Source: Leucoraja erinacea
Lineage: Eukaryota
Direction: 5' to 3'
DNA length: 64,000 bases
Assembly: GCF_028641065.1 (NCBI RefSeq)
Contig: NC_073387.1
Coordinates: 21,948,001-22,012,000 of the forward strand
Of the stretch, positions 34,172-46,996 are shown piece by piece (positions within the stretch are counted from its first letter, which is position 1; the number at the start of each line of letters is the position of its first letter). A program made the translations under genes and the position numbers. Under the pieces are notes generated by a model. The model had not been told where the DNA came from and did not search any database. It saw only the letters and a list, made by a program, of their open reading frames with translations.

Positions 34172-36553
34172 TTAGCATTCTTGAGAGGTGGGTGCGCCGC
34201 ATGGCTTCAAGAAGAGAAAATCGGTTTTAGCTGACTCTGGAGAAAGACAAACCGAGTATTGATTCGGTTCTTCCACGCGGAGTACCCTTCCCGTCCCAGG
34301 ATAGCGTAAAGTTTCCTCCAGGGCAGGTCTTCCACTAAACGTACCGTGAGAACCCCCATAATTGTGAGCATAACTAGGCGAGTTATACTCTTGGATACTA
34401 TGTCTGTCCTGTTTACACTTGATGCCAATCAATAGAATGATGATCAAAAGAAAGACCACGGAAGTGCAACTGAATATGACGATTAAATAAACGTTTGGAT
34501 CAGAGAAATATTCTGGATTCTTCACCAAGGTACTGCTTTCGCTGATTCCTTCAGTGCTGTTCCACAACAATCTAATGTTGATTCTAACTGTGCTGGACAG
34601 GCTTGGCTGCCCATTGTCCTTAACCAAGATGACTAGAGTTTGTAAAGCATTATCTGACTGCAAAATATTGCGCGCTGTTCTGACTTCTCCGGAATGTTGT
34701 CCAATGTTATACAACCCAGGTGCGGTAGATTTCATCATCTGATAAAAGAGCCGTGCGTTCTGACCAGAATCGGCATCAGTTGCCATTATCTTGGTGACCA
34801 AGTACCCTTGACCGGCTGTCTGGGGCATGACCTCCACTGTTGCTGAGCCAATTTGTTCTGAAGGTGAAACAATTACCGGCGCGTTGTCATTTTGATCCAG
34901 GATGATCACATTCACCGTGGCGCTGCTGCTCAACGGAGGCACCCCGGCGTCACGGGCTTGAACATGGATTTGCAAGTTCTTGAGTTCCTCATAGTCAAAG
35001 GAACGCAGCGCGTAAATAGTACCGTTCATTGGGTTAATAGTGAGGTAAGCGGACACTGGCAAGTTTTGTATATGATTATCGAGAAAGGAGTAGGAAACAT
35101 GGGAATTTAGATCCAGATCAGGATCCATTGCAGTTACTGTGGAAACGGACGCACCCGCCGCGTTATTTTCCATTACATATACGTTGTAGGATGTCTCACT
35201 GAACTGTGGTGCGTTATCATTAATGTCCGAAATTGAAATCTGGATGGTTTTATTTGTTGATAGTGACGGTGAACCCAAGTCCCAGGCTGAAATAAGAATG
35301 TTATACTCAGAGATCGCTTCACGGTCCAACGTTTCACTGGTGACTAATTTATAGTGGTTCGATGTCTTTTGCAGTCGAAATGGGACGTTCTTTTGTATCT
35401 CGCAACGCACTTGACCGTTCGTTTCGGAATCGCGATCGATCACATAAATCAGGGATATGAAACTTCCTGGTGGAGTATCCTCCTGGATTTTGTTGGAAGC
35501 TGATGTTACCCTTATCTCAGGTGCATTGTCATTCGCGTCAATCACTTTGATCACAACTTTACAGTGCCCCGTCATTGCAGGTGAACCGTGGTCCTGGGCT
35601 TGAATATCGAGAGAATAGCTGTTTACTTCTTCAAAATCTAGAGGCCCATTAACTAGAATCTCCCCAGTGCGTGGATCCAAACTGAATACATTTTGCACTC
35701 TTCGCAAAGTAGCATCATGTAAACGATATGTTAACTCCGCATTCAGTCCTTCGTCCAAATCATTTGCTTTGACTTTCAGCACCAACGTACCCCGAGGCGC
35801 GTTCTCTCTGACGCTACCTCTGTAAATATCATGATCGAACACAGGTGGATTATCATTGTTATCGAATACAGTAATGAGAATCTGAGCTGTGGCTGATCTC
35901 TGAGGGGTTCCGCCGTCAATCGCAGTAAGCAAGAGTTGAAGGGATGATTGCTGCTCTCGGTCCAACAACTTCTCTAACAGCAACTCGGCTATTATAATAC
36001 CGTCTTCGGCTCTCTGTGTTTTTAGACTAAAGTGCTCACTGGAACTGATTGTGTAAGCAGCCACGGTATTTGTACCAAAGTCGGGATCATCCGCGCCCTC
36101 GAGTCGGAAACGTACACCGGGTGCACTGGCTTCCGATATCTGCAAGACAATGCTGCTCTGCGGGAAAGTGGGAGAATTGTCATTTACATCAAGAATCTCT
36201 AATTCCCCGTGATACATCTCCAAAGGGTTTGCCAGTATGGTTTCGAAAGGTATAGTACATTTATCAGTCTGTCCACAAATGCGTTCCCGGTCGATTCTTT
36301 CACGAATAGACATGATTCCATTGTCCAAACTGACCTTCATGTACCGCCCTCCGTCATCAGAGCCCAATCGGAATTTGCGAGCTGACAATTGCCGTACGTT
36401 CAGGCCCAAATCCACAGCGATATTCCCAACAAATGCCCCTTGCTTCATTTCCTCGGGAATAGAATAACGAATTTGCCCGGAGATTAGACCCGGTCGACAT
36501 ATCACAAATATGCAAGCAAACGCAGTGAAGGCAAACCTCGGTAGGCACGCCAT
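34172..36553 (-). CDS. Clustered protocadherin (gamma-C5-like), unit 6, 793 aa
   Basis: Intact ORF from ATG 36553 (MACLPRFAF...) with EC1-6, TM and tail ending TDFLFLKPCGAPTSQEC. Confidence 0.95.
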   Translation of the reverse strand: MACLPRFAFTAFACIFVICRPGLISGQIRYSIPEEMKQGAFVGNIAVDLGLNVRQLSARKFRLGSDDGGRYMKVSLDNGIMSIRERIDRERICGQTDKCTIPFETILANPLEMYHGELEILDVNDNSPTFPQSSIVLQISEASAPGVRFRLEGADDPDFGTNTVAAYTISSSEHFSLKTQRAEDGIIIAELLLEKLLDREQQSSLQLLLTAIDGGTPQRSATAQILITVFDNNDNPPVFDHDIYRGSVRENAPRGTLVLKVKANDLDEGLNAELTYRLHDATLRRVQNVFSLDPRTGEILVNGPLDFEEVNSYSLDIQAQDHGSPAMTGHCKVVIKVIDANDNAPEIRVTSASNKIQEDTPPGSFISLIYVIDRDSETNGQVRCEIQKNVPFRLQKTSNHYKLVTSETLDREAISEYNILISAWDLGSPSLSTNKTIQISISDINDNAPQFSETSYNVYVMENNAAGASVSTVTAMDPDLDLNSHVSYSFLDNHIQNLPVSAYLTINPMNGTIYALRSFDYEELKNLQIHVQARDAGVPPLSSSATVNVIILDQNDNAPVIVSPSEQIGSATVEVMPQTAGQGYLVTKIMATDADSGQNARLFYQMMKSTAPGLYNIGQHSGEVRTARNILQSDNALQTLVILVKDNGQPSLSSTVRINIRLLWNSTEGISESSTLVKNPEYFSDPNVYLIVIFSCTSVVFLLIIILLIGIKCKQDRHSIQEYNSPSYAHNYGGSHGTFSGRPALEETLRYPGTGRVLRVEEPNQYSVCLSPESAKTDFLFLKPCGAPTSQEC

Positions 36554-36794
36554 TGTTCCGCGCCCTGTCAAAGTCCCAGACCAGGCCTCTCCTCGGGTAA
36601 TCCGTGCAATGGTCCACGCACCAGATAAAAAATCGTATAGATTTCCAATCCCGAATTCAAACAGACGGGAAATCTATCGTCCTCAGCCTGTTTCGGCAAT
36701 GGAAACGCAGGCACTGCTCGCCTCTCTCGTCGCGTATGACGTTTTTATTCTGGGATGTGGGAGGGGCAATGGATCCATCTGTGTGCTTGAGCTT

Positions 36795-36818
36795 CTCATT
36801 GGTAGACAGCGACACGAC
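36795..36818 (-). promoter_or_regulatory. Protocadherin promoter CSE (CGCT box)
   Basis: Exact 24-mer, about 255 bp upstream of ATG 36553. Confidence 0.85.
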
Positions 36819-37204
36819 CAGTTCTTTTCAACAACTGCAGCTGCAATTCTTAAAGCTGTGCTGCTCTCCTGCACATTTAATGGTGTATTAAACGCCCAGT
36901 ATAAAAATACATTTGCAGGAGTTTATTTTGCATTTATCTTTAAAGTCACAGCAATCGCGTCTGGAGTGGGTTATTCCCAGAGCGGAAACTCGTTCTGTTG
37001 GTCAGATAAAATGCAATAGGGAATAAGTAGATGGCATCAATATATCTATGATGAAGCATAGCATATCGGATATATAGTCGTTGTTAACTGATTTTGGAGC
37101 ACTTACTGTTGTACATTATATTTATATAACGATGACATAATTTCCCTTCTTTGACATGATTACGCCCTTCCCAACACAAATAATTTTCAAGAATATTGGA
37201 CCAG

Positions 37205-38410
37205 TGAAGGAATGAGGGGGCATCGCGTTGAAATATACAGAATAGTGAAAGGCTTGGAAAAGTTCAGTTCAAGTGTGTTGATTGTCATGTGTCCCTATAT
37301 AGGACAATGGAATTCTTGCTTTGCTCCACACAGAACATAGTAGGCATTTACTACAAAACAGATAAGTGTGTCCATATACCATAATGTACATATATACACA
37401 CATGAAAAATCAACTGATAAAGTGCAAATAACAGATAATGGGTTAATAATAATCAGAGTTTTGTCCGAGCAAGGTTTAATAGCCTGATGGCTGTGGGGAA
37501 GTAGCTATTCCTGAACCTGGTTGTTGCAGTCTTCAGGCTCCTGTACCTGAAAATAGCAGGCAGATGAGTGTGTGGCCAGGATGGTGTGGGTCTTTGATGA
37601 TACTACCAGCCTTTTTGAGGAAGCGGCTGCGATAGATCCCCACGATGCAAGGAATGTCAGAGCCGATGATGGACTGGGCAGCGTTTACTACTTGTAGTAT
37701 TTTCCTCTCTAGGGCGCTCAAGTTGCCGAACCAGGCCACGATGCAACCGGTCAGCGTGCTCTCTACTGTGCACCTGTAGAATTTAGAGAGTCCTCCTTGA
37801 CAAACCGGCTCTCCGTAATCTTCTCAGGATGTAGAGGCGCTGATGAGCTTTCATGATAATTGTATTAGTGTTCTCAGACCAGGAACGATCTTCTGAGATG
37901 TACACGCCCAGGAATTTGAAGCTCTTGGCCCTTTCAACCATCGATCCGTTGATATAAATCTTACTCCTACTCCTTCCAAAGTCCACAAATCAGTTCCTTG
38001 GTTTCGCTGGTGTTGAGGGCCAGGTTATTGCGCTGGCACCATATGGACAGTTGCTCGATAAAGTGGATGTGGAGAGGATGTTTCCATTAGTGGGAGAGTC
38101 TAGAACTAGAGGTCATCGCCTCAGAATTAAAGGACATATTTTAGAATGGAGATGAGGAGAAATTTCTTGCTTCAGAGGGTGGTGAGTCTATCGTATTCTT
38201 TATTACGGAAGGCTGTATAGGCCAGGTCAGTGGATATTTTTAAGGCATGGTTATATAGATTCTTGATTAGTTATGTGCAGATGTTAGGGGGAGAAGGCAG
38301 GAGAATGTTATTAGAAGAGAGTGATGGATTACCCATGATCGAATGGCGAAGTAGACTTGATGGGCCGAATTGCCTAATTCTATTCGTAATCCTTATGACC
38401 TTATGACCTC
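37205..38410 (+). mobile_element. CR1 3' fragment split by a nested LINE
   Basis: ...aatagtgaaaggcttgga (37240-37258) continues as aagtggatgtggagaggatgtttcc at about 38060. Ends in a CCTTATGA tandem tail at about 38390-38408. Confidence 0.7.
37262..38056 (-). mobile_element. Rex1/Babar-like LINE 3' fragment nested in CR1
   Basis: ORFs 37783-37986 (INGSMVERAKSFKFLGV.ISED.SW..KAHQRLY.LRRL) and 37533-37739 (WFGN..ER..LQ..V..A..IIG..KKA.SII.DP.HP). Confidence 0.8.
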
Positions 38411-38494
38411 TTTAGCGATCAAAGGACGTCATGTTGAGTATTTATTTGTCACTTTCTATATATTGCATAATGGATTCGGGAATATAATAGAGTC

Positions 38495-38995
38495 ATGATA
38501 GAGACATAGACTAATACAACGTGGAGACAGTCTCTTCGGCACAACTTGCTCACACCGGCCAACATATCCCAGCTGCTCAAATCCCATCCGCCCCCGTTTG
38601 GTCCATATCCCTCCAATCCTGTTTTATCCATGTACTTGTCTAGCTGTTTCTTAAATGTTAGGCTAGTCCCTGCCTCAATTACCTCCGCTGGCAGCTTATT
38701 CCACACACCCACCATCCTTTGTGTGAAAACGTTAGTCCTCATATTCCTCTTACCTTTTCCCCTTCACTTTAAACCTGTGTCCTCTGGTCCTCGATTCTCC
38801 TACTCTGGGAATGGGACTATGTGCATCTACCTTCGTTTTTCCAGCATCTGTAGTTCTTTCATAAACATGTGCATCCACACGATCCATTCATGCCTATTCA
38901 TCGTCCCTCATCTCCGTGCGCTCCAAGGAATAGAGTCCCAGCCTACCCTATCACTCCCTATAGTTCCGACCGTCCAGATCTGACAACATCCTCGT
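38495..38995 (-). mobile_element. CR1 LINE 3' fragment
   Basis: ORF 38449-38742 (FTQRMVGVWNKLPAEVIEAG..FKKQLDKYM). Confidence 0.8.
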
Positions 38996-41900
38996 AAAGC
39001 TTTCGATTGGCCAATTGTGGAACCAAATTCCTGTTGAAAGGAAGTAATTGTTGGAGAAATGTACCATCACGTCCAAGTCCAGCCGGGTTTATTGACACAT
39101 GCATGCATAGGTAAGGAGGCGAGGTTCTGCTACAATGTAAATCTTGCCTGCAGCAGCTTCGCAAGTACATAGTCCAGCACACCCCGACGGATGTTGTTGG
39201 AAGCATAGAAAATAGGTATCGGTGTGAGGTGTAGCACAGGAAATTTTGTGAATTTTCCAATTCATATTTAATTTGAGATTCTCTCTTTCATTGTTCCTTT
39301 TCCGACTGGCTTCGTGCCTGCAATTTGCAACTAAGTGACTCAATTGCGCATTATTCCGCAGATTTGTTCTCATTTAAACTGCGTCCAAATTAATACTAAT
39401 CTCTTGTTGCCACGTTTACCGTGTAAAATACCCTTTTCAGTGAACGTTAACAAGGTGGTTTAAAATACTTGTAATGTGTTCAGACATTCGAAGTTTATTT
39501 CCACTACTGGAGTTGGCATTGGGTGTTCAACGTCGTATATGATCACGGCAAAGTTTGAATAGTACGTTCTTCATGTCGTAGAGGATAGAACGTTATTCAA
39601 ACTCAATGCATTGGTCATGTTCACCATTGGGTGAAATATTTCTGAAGGTTTTTGATGCCACAACGGGTTCATTGGGTGTCAGTTAGACGCCATTCTCATG
39701 CATTTTACTATTTATATTTTTATATTACATCACATCACAAACGTTTTACAATGACCGAACCAGGGTGGCATCTGGGACATCCCTTCCATCCAAGATTGGT
39801 GATTCAACAATTCCTCCTCAACTGCCCGTATTCCCCACACAAATCAACAGCCAAAATGTCCCATCCTCAACTGTCTCCAACCTTTCTCTCGCCAACACCC
39901 CCCCCCCCCTCCCCCCACACACACAACCTCACCTCCCTCTCTGTAGTCAATGGCTCGAGACCAAACATCGTCTACTCTCCGCAGCTGCTGTCTGACAGGG
40001 CTGAGTTTTTACAGTAAGTTAATTTCTTGCACAGGATTTCACCAGCTGCCATCCCGCCTTTTACCGAAGTGGTATTAATCGAGACTTGCAGCATCCGCTG
40101 TATATTATTATATATACACATATTATTACTACTATTATCAACAATTCAGGTGGAACGCATTGCTTAGCAACCAGAAAACATTTCAACGCAATTTTGCATT
40201 GTCATTCAATCCAGGTACCCAGATCATTTGCATAATTGACCAAGTAGCATCACATTTGTGCATATTATCAAATGACAAGCAGAAGGCCTTCCCTCACAAT
40301 TACCAAAGCCATTTCAAACGGTTGATCTAGAATCCCTTCAACTCAATAGCTTCCTTTCTTGTTCTGCTGTTCACACACTACTTACACAGTCCCGGTTCTA
40401 GTTCAGTTCATTAATCTGCAAATGTGAGATATTAAAAAAGTTAAAGAATTTATTATTTTCATTGATCCTTAATGTGTTTGCCACTGGAATAACAACATAT
40501 TACTTGTGTTTTAAATATTTTCTTATCCTTATTCATAATTTATGTGTGAAAAGATATTTAATCTGCGGCAGGCAGCGACTGTATCAGCGTGATGTGGGCT
40601 GATGCTTTACCTACAGGTGGTGTGAATGTACCGTTAAGGCACAGATTAATCGCCGAGGAAAACTGAGTACAGGGTTGGCCCTGCGAAGGAACCGCCAATC
40701 CGATATAAGACATTTAACTGCGAAATGCCTGCCCTTCAGTATTGGATAGATTAAGTGGAGGGTCTGTGCTGTACCAAGTTTGCGGTGGATGCGGTGCGTT
40801 TCCCCCAGCCATCTCGCCCAGTGCAAGTTAACCAGCACAGTTTGTCAGCCCTTGTTAACAGAGGCTCTTTGTGCAGGTGTTACCCGAAGCTCACTTCCAC
40901 CGGGTGGCGCCACCGTAGCGCAACCTTACCAACAGTCTGTTTGTCCTTTCTACTGTTTTTTATTGTTTTAAGTATGAACTAATAGTTTGTTTCAATGTTT
41001 CTTGGTTAGATTATGTGGGGGGGGGGGGGGGGGGGGGGGGGGGGATAGGAGGATACTTTTTTTCAGTATCTTTTCTCGATGAAGAACTCATATTACGGGT
41101 TGGCTCCGCATTTGCCCACTCGCTGGGGAGGTTGGTGCCTCCTTCGAAGAGAGCAAGAACAGGTCCCATTAGCTGGTGAGCTGCGACCCACTACTGAGTG
41201 AAGCCTCTAATTTGGCAGTGGTTCAAATGGCTGCAAATTCTTATAATTATCACCGCCCGGTCACCCAGCTTCGGCTCCCAACTGTGTACCCCGGCAGACT
41301 GGAACCAACCCCAGAGGTTAAAGCGACAACATCTTTATTTAAGCCAACCCACCTCGAAAGTTTAACCAGCCCGTTCGAATCCAATCTGAACTTTTCACCC
41401 AGCACATTCTCCTCGTTTCCTTCAGTGCAGGAAGGATGTTTAATAGGAATGCAATTGGTTGACCACACAACTTGTAATTTGTGTAAATCAATACCGAATT
41501 TGAATGGCTGTGACTCAGGCTAATGCCAGGGATTTTATAATTGACAGGTTCGTTCCAGGTATTCTTTTATTGGGTATTGGGTTAATAATTCAAATAGATA
41601 CAATTGTGGATTTGTGCAACCTGCAGTACGCGATGGCCTACTGCTGACATATTTGGCGGATACATTTATTTAGAAATCCCATTGAAATGAATACGCTGGT
41701 CCGTACACACACAGTCGCTCGGCTGGCGAAAATGTTTATCCCGAATGATCCATGACCTGGGCATGCGCAGATGTAATACCGAACTCGCTTATTGTTTCGT
41801 TACAGCAATTTCCAACTGAAGGACACAATTACCTATTAATCCATATTTATTTTTCTCGTATGTAATGTGCCATAGATAACACTAAATTATTGGTACCACA

Positions 41901-44367
41901 TTTATTGTGTAAAATGCCTTTTCATTGAAAGCTGACAAGATGGCCCAAAGTACTTGTCTTGTATTCAAAACAATTCGAGTTTCATTTCTGGTATTAAATA
42001 AACTGCGGATGCTCAACATCGTACATGATCCCGGCAAAGTGTGAATGGGACACATCTTTCAGTTGTAGAAGACAGAATGTTCATCACAAATATGGCATTG
42101 GTTATGTTCACCATCGGTTGATAATATTCTGAATATGTCCGATGCCACATATGGTTAATCTGATGTCAATTGGACATCATTATCAAGTTAGCCCTGGGTT
42201 TCATCTTTTATATTTCATCAAAATATAAACGTTTTACAATGACCGAACCACGCGAAACTAGCGAAAATCAAATTACAATAAGAATAATATCAACCGAATC
42301 ATTATGATTAAACCTGCACAAAACTTCCAAACCAACAAGAAACTCCACAGGTGAGATTACGAATCGTTCTTTCCACCAAACAAGAAGCAAGCTTCTATCG
42401 CTATTTAGATAAGCAACAAACTGTAAAGCAGCCAACGGCGTTTCATGTACAACAATGCTGGAAATGCTGAAAACACTCACCGATTCAAATATCACCCGAG
42501 GAAAGAAATACAATTAACGTTTCTGGCCTTGGCTCCTTTACCGGAACTATAAAATAATGCAACGACGTTATTTTTCAGTAAGAGCGAGGATGGGAAAGAA
42601 AAATGTAGGAATCTCTCTGATGGTAAGACCAAAAATGGGAAGGTTTCCTTCATTAGGGGAGATTGTATAGGCCGGTGCCAATGTTAGAGATATACAGAAT
42701 CATGAGCGGCTCAGATGGTAGGGCTGTCCAAAACTAGAAGATAAGTTTTAAGATCAGATGGAGTGCGGTGAGAGTGGACCAGTTGGCTAATCATTTCAGA
42801 AAAAGGGAATATGGCATGTGGATTGAGATTGCCGTGTAGGTGGTGGAGGTGGAAGAGATAAGTATTTAAACGGCACAGAATGGAAACGTGCATATGTAGG
42901 GAATTGATGCATATGGAATTTACGCGATGGTGGAATTTGTACAGGTAAATATGATGGTCGGCTTAGATGCGATGTGCTGAGTGTTCTGTTGCTATGATCT
43001 ACACCTCCCCAAACAAGAATGAAATACTAAACCGAAATGATAACAGACAAGTGTGGCGAGTTCTCGAAGATTGCAACTTGACCATTTGGAAGACGAGGTG
43101 CTGCTTTTTTTTCAAGTGTGCGCCTTTGCTTTGTAATGTGTTCCAACGTTGCTGGAAATCGGAGACAAAGGGGTTAGCTAGTGTGGAAATGTGAATGAAA
43201 CAGTTAAGCAAACTAAAACTGCGAACGTATGGTGCGTTGCCAGTAGGGTCAGTTAACTAGCACAGACATTGATGAATGAATGATACGTTTGAACTGCTAA
43301 ACCGGCAGGGATGAGGAATCTGTACTCAGTGACGGAATTTTGTTTGAATGTATGCAAGCTGCATTGAATGTGAAAGTCTGTGAGTGGAAGATAACACATT
43401 GAGAAACCCTGTTCTTGTTCCATCCAAGAGGGTGGGTAGTGAGAAGATACTAAGAAAGTATCCATTCATGATTGCTGGGCGTTAGAAGTTCCTAACACAG
43501 AGCAAAAAGCACAATTTGAACCTCAGTTACGCCTGCTACTACTTTCGTTCATTTTTCTCCTCCCTTTCAGACACAATACATGTATTTCAGTCATATTCAC
43601 CTGTTCCGCTACTTCCAAAATAAAGTGGTTTCACTTTTTCATCAGTGTGCCAAACTGACCGTTTCTAAAAGTAGGATGCTACTTTTCCCCACATATGCAG
43701 CCCAACATGCTTAGTGCTTCAATCTCACCAAACATGCACTCCATCACTTTAATAACTTGCATATTGTTTGGCAATGTTCATTTTTTACCAGGGATGACGT
43801 CGCTTTGCATGCCCATTCCGCATCAGGATGACATCAGGACATCCCGATTCATCTAAGAATGGAGATTCGGCCAGTTTTCCTCAACCAATGCTATCCTCTA
43901 CATGAACCACTGCCAAAAAATCCCTCCTCAACTAGATCCAACTACCACTTGATATAGTTTGTTCTGAGCCTTCCCCTCTTCTGTTTCTACCAACAAGGTT
44001 CTTCTCCTGTCGTCACTAAGGACTCGACACCAAACGTCATCTGGCTCCAGTTGCTGCCAGACTCATCGATTTCCTCCAGGTAATTGTGCTCACAATTTCA
44101 GCATCTGCCATCAGCACGTTTATGCACATTATCCCGAGACAGCAGGACTGCCTTTAGAAATAAAAGATACAATTTCAAAATGTTTTCATTCCAGTTGTAG
44201 GAAAATTATATGTTTAACAATTGTACTCCCATTTAAGCGATAGAGAAAAAAAATGCAATAAAGGAATGTTTTTAAAAATATTTAACTCGCACGGATTCAT
44301 ATTTCCGGCCAGAAATAAAATGGCCGCACACAAAATTGGCATTCCTTAATCTACGCATCAGTGTTAT

Positions 44368-46752
44368 TTAGCATTGGGCTTGAGAGGTGGGTGCGCCGCA
44401 TGGCTTCAAGAAGAGAAAATCGCTTTTCGCTGACTCTGGAGAAAGACAGACCGAGTATTGATTCGGCTCTTGCAAACGGAGTAGCCGGCCCGTCCCAGGA
44501 TAGCGTAAAGTTTCCTCCATGGCAGATCTCGCATTAAGCGTGCCGTGAGAACCCGCATGATTGTAAGAATAATTAGGGGTGTTATAATCTTGGATATTAA
44601 TTCTGTCCTGTTTACACTTGATGCCAATCAACAGAACGATGATCAGAAGAAAGATCACTGAAGTGCAACTGAAAATGATGATTAAATAAACGTTTGGATC
44701 AGATAAATATTCTGGAGTCTTCATCAAGGTACTGCTTTCGCCGGTTCCTTCAGTGCTGTTCCACAAAACTCTAATATGGATTGTAACTGTGCTGGTCAGG
44801 CTTGGCTGCCCATTGTCCTTAACCAAGATGACTAGGGTTTGTACAACAGTATCTGACTGCATAATATTGCGCGCTGTTCTGATTTCACCTGAATGTTGTC
44901 CAACGTTGTACAAACCAGGGTCGGTAGATTTCACCATCTGATAAAAGAGCCGAGCGTTCTGACCAGAATCGGCATCAGTTGCCATTATCTTGGTGACCAA
45001 GTACCCTTGACCCGCTATCTGGGGCACGAACTCCACTGTTGCTGGGCCACTTTGTTCTGAAGGTGAAACAATTACCGGCGCGTTGTCATTTTGATCCAGG
45101 ATGATCACATTCACCGTGGCGCTGCTGCTCAACGGAGGCACCCCTGCGTCACGGGCTTGTACACGGATCTGGAAGTTCTTGAGTTCCTCATGGTCAAAGG
45201 AACGCAGCGCGTAAATAGTACCGTTCATTGTGTTAATAGTGACATAACTGGATACTGGCATGTTTTGGATATGATTATCGAGAACGTAGTAGGAAACATA
45301 GGAATTCTGATCCAGATCGGGATCCGTTGCAGTCACTATAAAAATGAATGCACCCGGAGGGTTATTCTCCATTACATATACGTTGTAGGATGCATCACCG
45401 AACTGCGGTGCGTTATCATTAACGTCTGAAATTGCAATCTGGATGGTTTTATTTGATGAAAGTGACGGCGACCCCAAGTCCCAGGCTGAAATAAGTATGT
45501 CATACTCAGAGATGACTTCACGGTCCAACGTTTCACTCGTAGTTAATTTATAGTGGTTCGATGTCTTTTGCAGTCGAAATGGGACGTTCTTTTGTATCTC
45601 GCAACGTACTTGACCGTTCGCTCCTGAATCACGATCCATCACATTAATCAGGGATATGAAACTTCCTGGTGGCGCATTTTCCTGGATTTTGTTGGAAGCC
45701 GATGTTACCTTTATCTCAGGTGCACAGTCGTTCACATCAGTGACTTCGATCAGTACATTGGAGTGTCCTGTCATTTCAGGGGAACCGTGGTCCTGGGCTT
45801 GAATATCCAGAGAATAGCTGTTTACTTCTTCAAAATCTAGTGGCTCTTGGACTCGAATCTCCCCGGTGCGTGGTTCCAAACTGAATACATTTTGCGCTCT
45901 TCGCAAAGCAACATCACTAAAACGATATGTCAGTTCCGCATTCAGTCCTTCGTCCAAATCATTTGCTTTGACTTTCAGCACCAACGTACCCCGAGGCGCG
46001 TTCTCTCTGACGCTACCTCTGTAAATATCATGATCGAACACAGGTGGATTATCATTGAAGTCCAGTACAGTAATGAGAATCTGAGTTGTGGCTGATCTCC
46101 GAGGGGTTCCGGCGTCAGTCGCAGTAAGCAAGAGTTGAAATGATGATTGTAGTTCTCGGTCCAAATATTTCTCCAAGAGCAATTCGACAATTATAATGCC
46201 GCTCTCGGTTTTCTGTGTTCTTAGGCTAAAGTGGTCACTCGAACCGATTGTGTAAGCGGCCACGGTATTTGTACCAATGTCCGGATCATCCGCGCCCTCG
46301 AGTCGGAAACGTGCACCGGGTGCACTCGCTTCTGACATCTGCAAAGCAATGCCCCTCTGCGGGAAAGTGGGGGAATTGTCATTTACGTCAAGAATCTCCA
46401 ATTCACCTTCATACACCTCCAAAGGGTTTTCCAGTATTGTTTCGAAACGTATAGTACATTGATCATTCTGTCCACAAATACGTTCCCGGTCGATTCTTTC
46501 ACGAATACTCATGATTCCATTGTCCAAACTAACCTTCATGTATCGCCCTCCGTCATCGGAGCTCAGTCGGAATTTGCGAGCTGATAATTGATGTACACTC
46601 AGGCTCAAATCCACAGCGATATTCCCAACAAATGCACCTTGCTCCATTTCCTCGGGAATAGAATAGCGAATTTGCCCGCAGATAAGACCAGGTCGACATA
46701 TCGCAAATATGCAAGCAAACACAGTGAAAGCAAACCTCGGTAGATACGCCAT
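44368..46752 (-). CDS. Clustered protocadherin (gamma-C5-like), unit 7, 794 aa
   Basis: Intact ORF from ATG 46752 (MAYLPRFAF...) with EC1-6, TM and tail ending SDFLFLKPCGAPTSQAQC. Confidence 0.95.
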   Translation of the reverse strand: MAYLPRFAFTVFACIFAICRPGLICGQIRYSIPEEMEQGAFVGNIAVDLSLSVHQLSARKFRLSSDDGGRYMKVSLDNGIMSIRERIDRERICGQNDQCTIRFETILENPLEVYEGELEILDVNDNSPTFPQRGIALQMSEASAPGARFRLEGADDPDIGTNTVAAYTIGSSDHFSLRTQKTESGIIIVELLLEKYLDRELQSSFQLLLTATDAGTPRRSATTQILITVLDFNDNPPVFDHDIYRGSVRENAPRGTLVLKVKANDLDEGLNAELTYRFSDVALRRAQNVFSLEPRTGEIRVQEPLDFEEVNSYSLDIQAQDHGSPEMTGHSNVLIEVTDVNDCAPEIKVTSASNKIQENAPPGSFISLINVMDRDSGANGQVRCEIQKNVPFRLQKTSNHYKLTTSETLDREVISEYDILISAWDLGSPSLSSNKTIQIAISDVNDNAPQFGDASYNVYVMENNPPGAFIFIVTATDPDLDQNSYVSYYVLDNHIQNMPVSSYVTINTMNGTIYALRSFDHEELKNFQIRVQARDAGVPPLSSSATVNVIILDQNDNAPVIVSPSEQSGPATVEFVPQIAGQGYLVTKIMATDADSGQNARLFYQMVKSTDPGLYNVGQHSGEIRTARNIMQSDTVVQTLVILVKDNGQPSLTSTVTIHIRVLWNSTEGTGESSTLMKTPEYLSDPNVYLIIIFSCTSVIFLLIIVLLIGIKCKQDRINIQDYNTPNYSYNHAGSHGTLNARSAMEETLRYPGTGRLLRLQEPNQYSVCLSPESAKSDFLFLKPCGAPTSQAQC

Positions 46753-46996
46753 TGTTCCGCGCCCCGTCAAAGTCCAAGACTAGGCCTCTCCTCGGTTAAT
46801 CCGTGCAAATGGTCCACGCACCACATAAAAAAATCTTATATATTTCCAATCCCCAATCTAAACAGACGGGAAATGTATCGTCCTCAGCTTGTTTCGGCAA
46901 TGGAAACGCAGGCACAGCTCGTCTCTGTCGTCGGGTCTGGCGTTTTTATTCTGGAGATGTGGGAGGGGCAATGGATCCATCTGCGTACTCGAGCTT

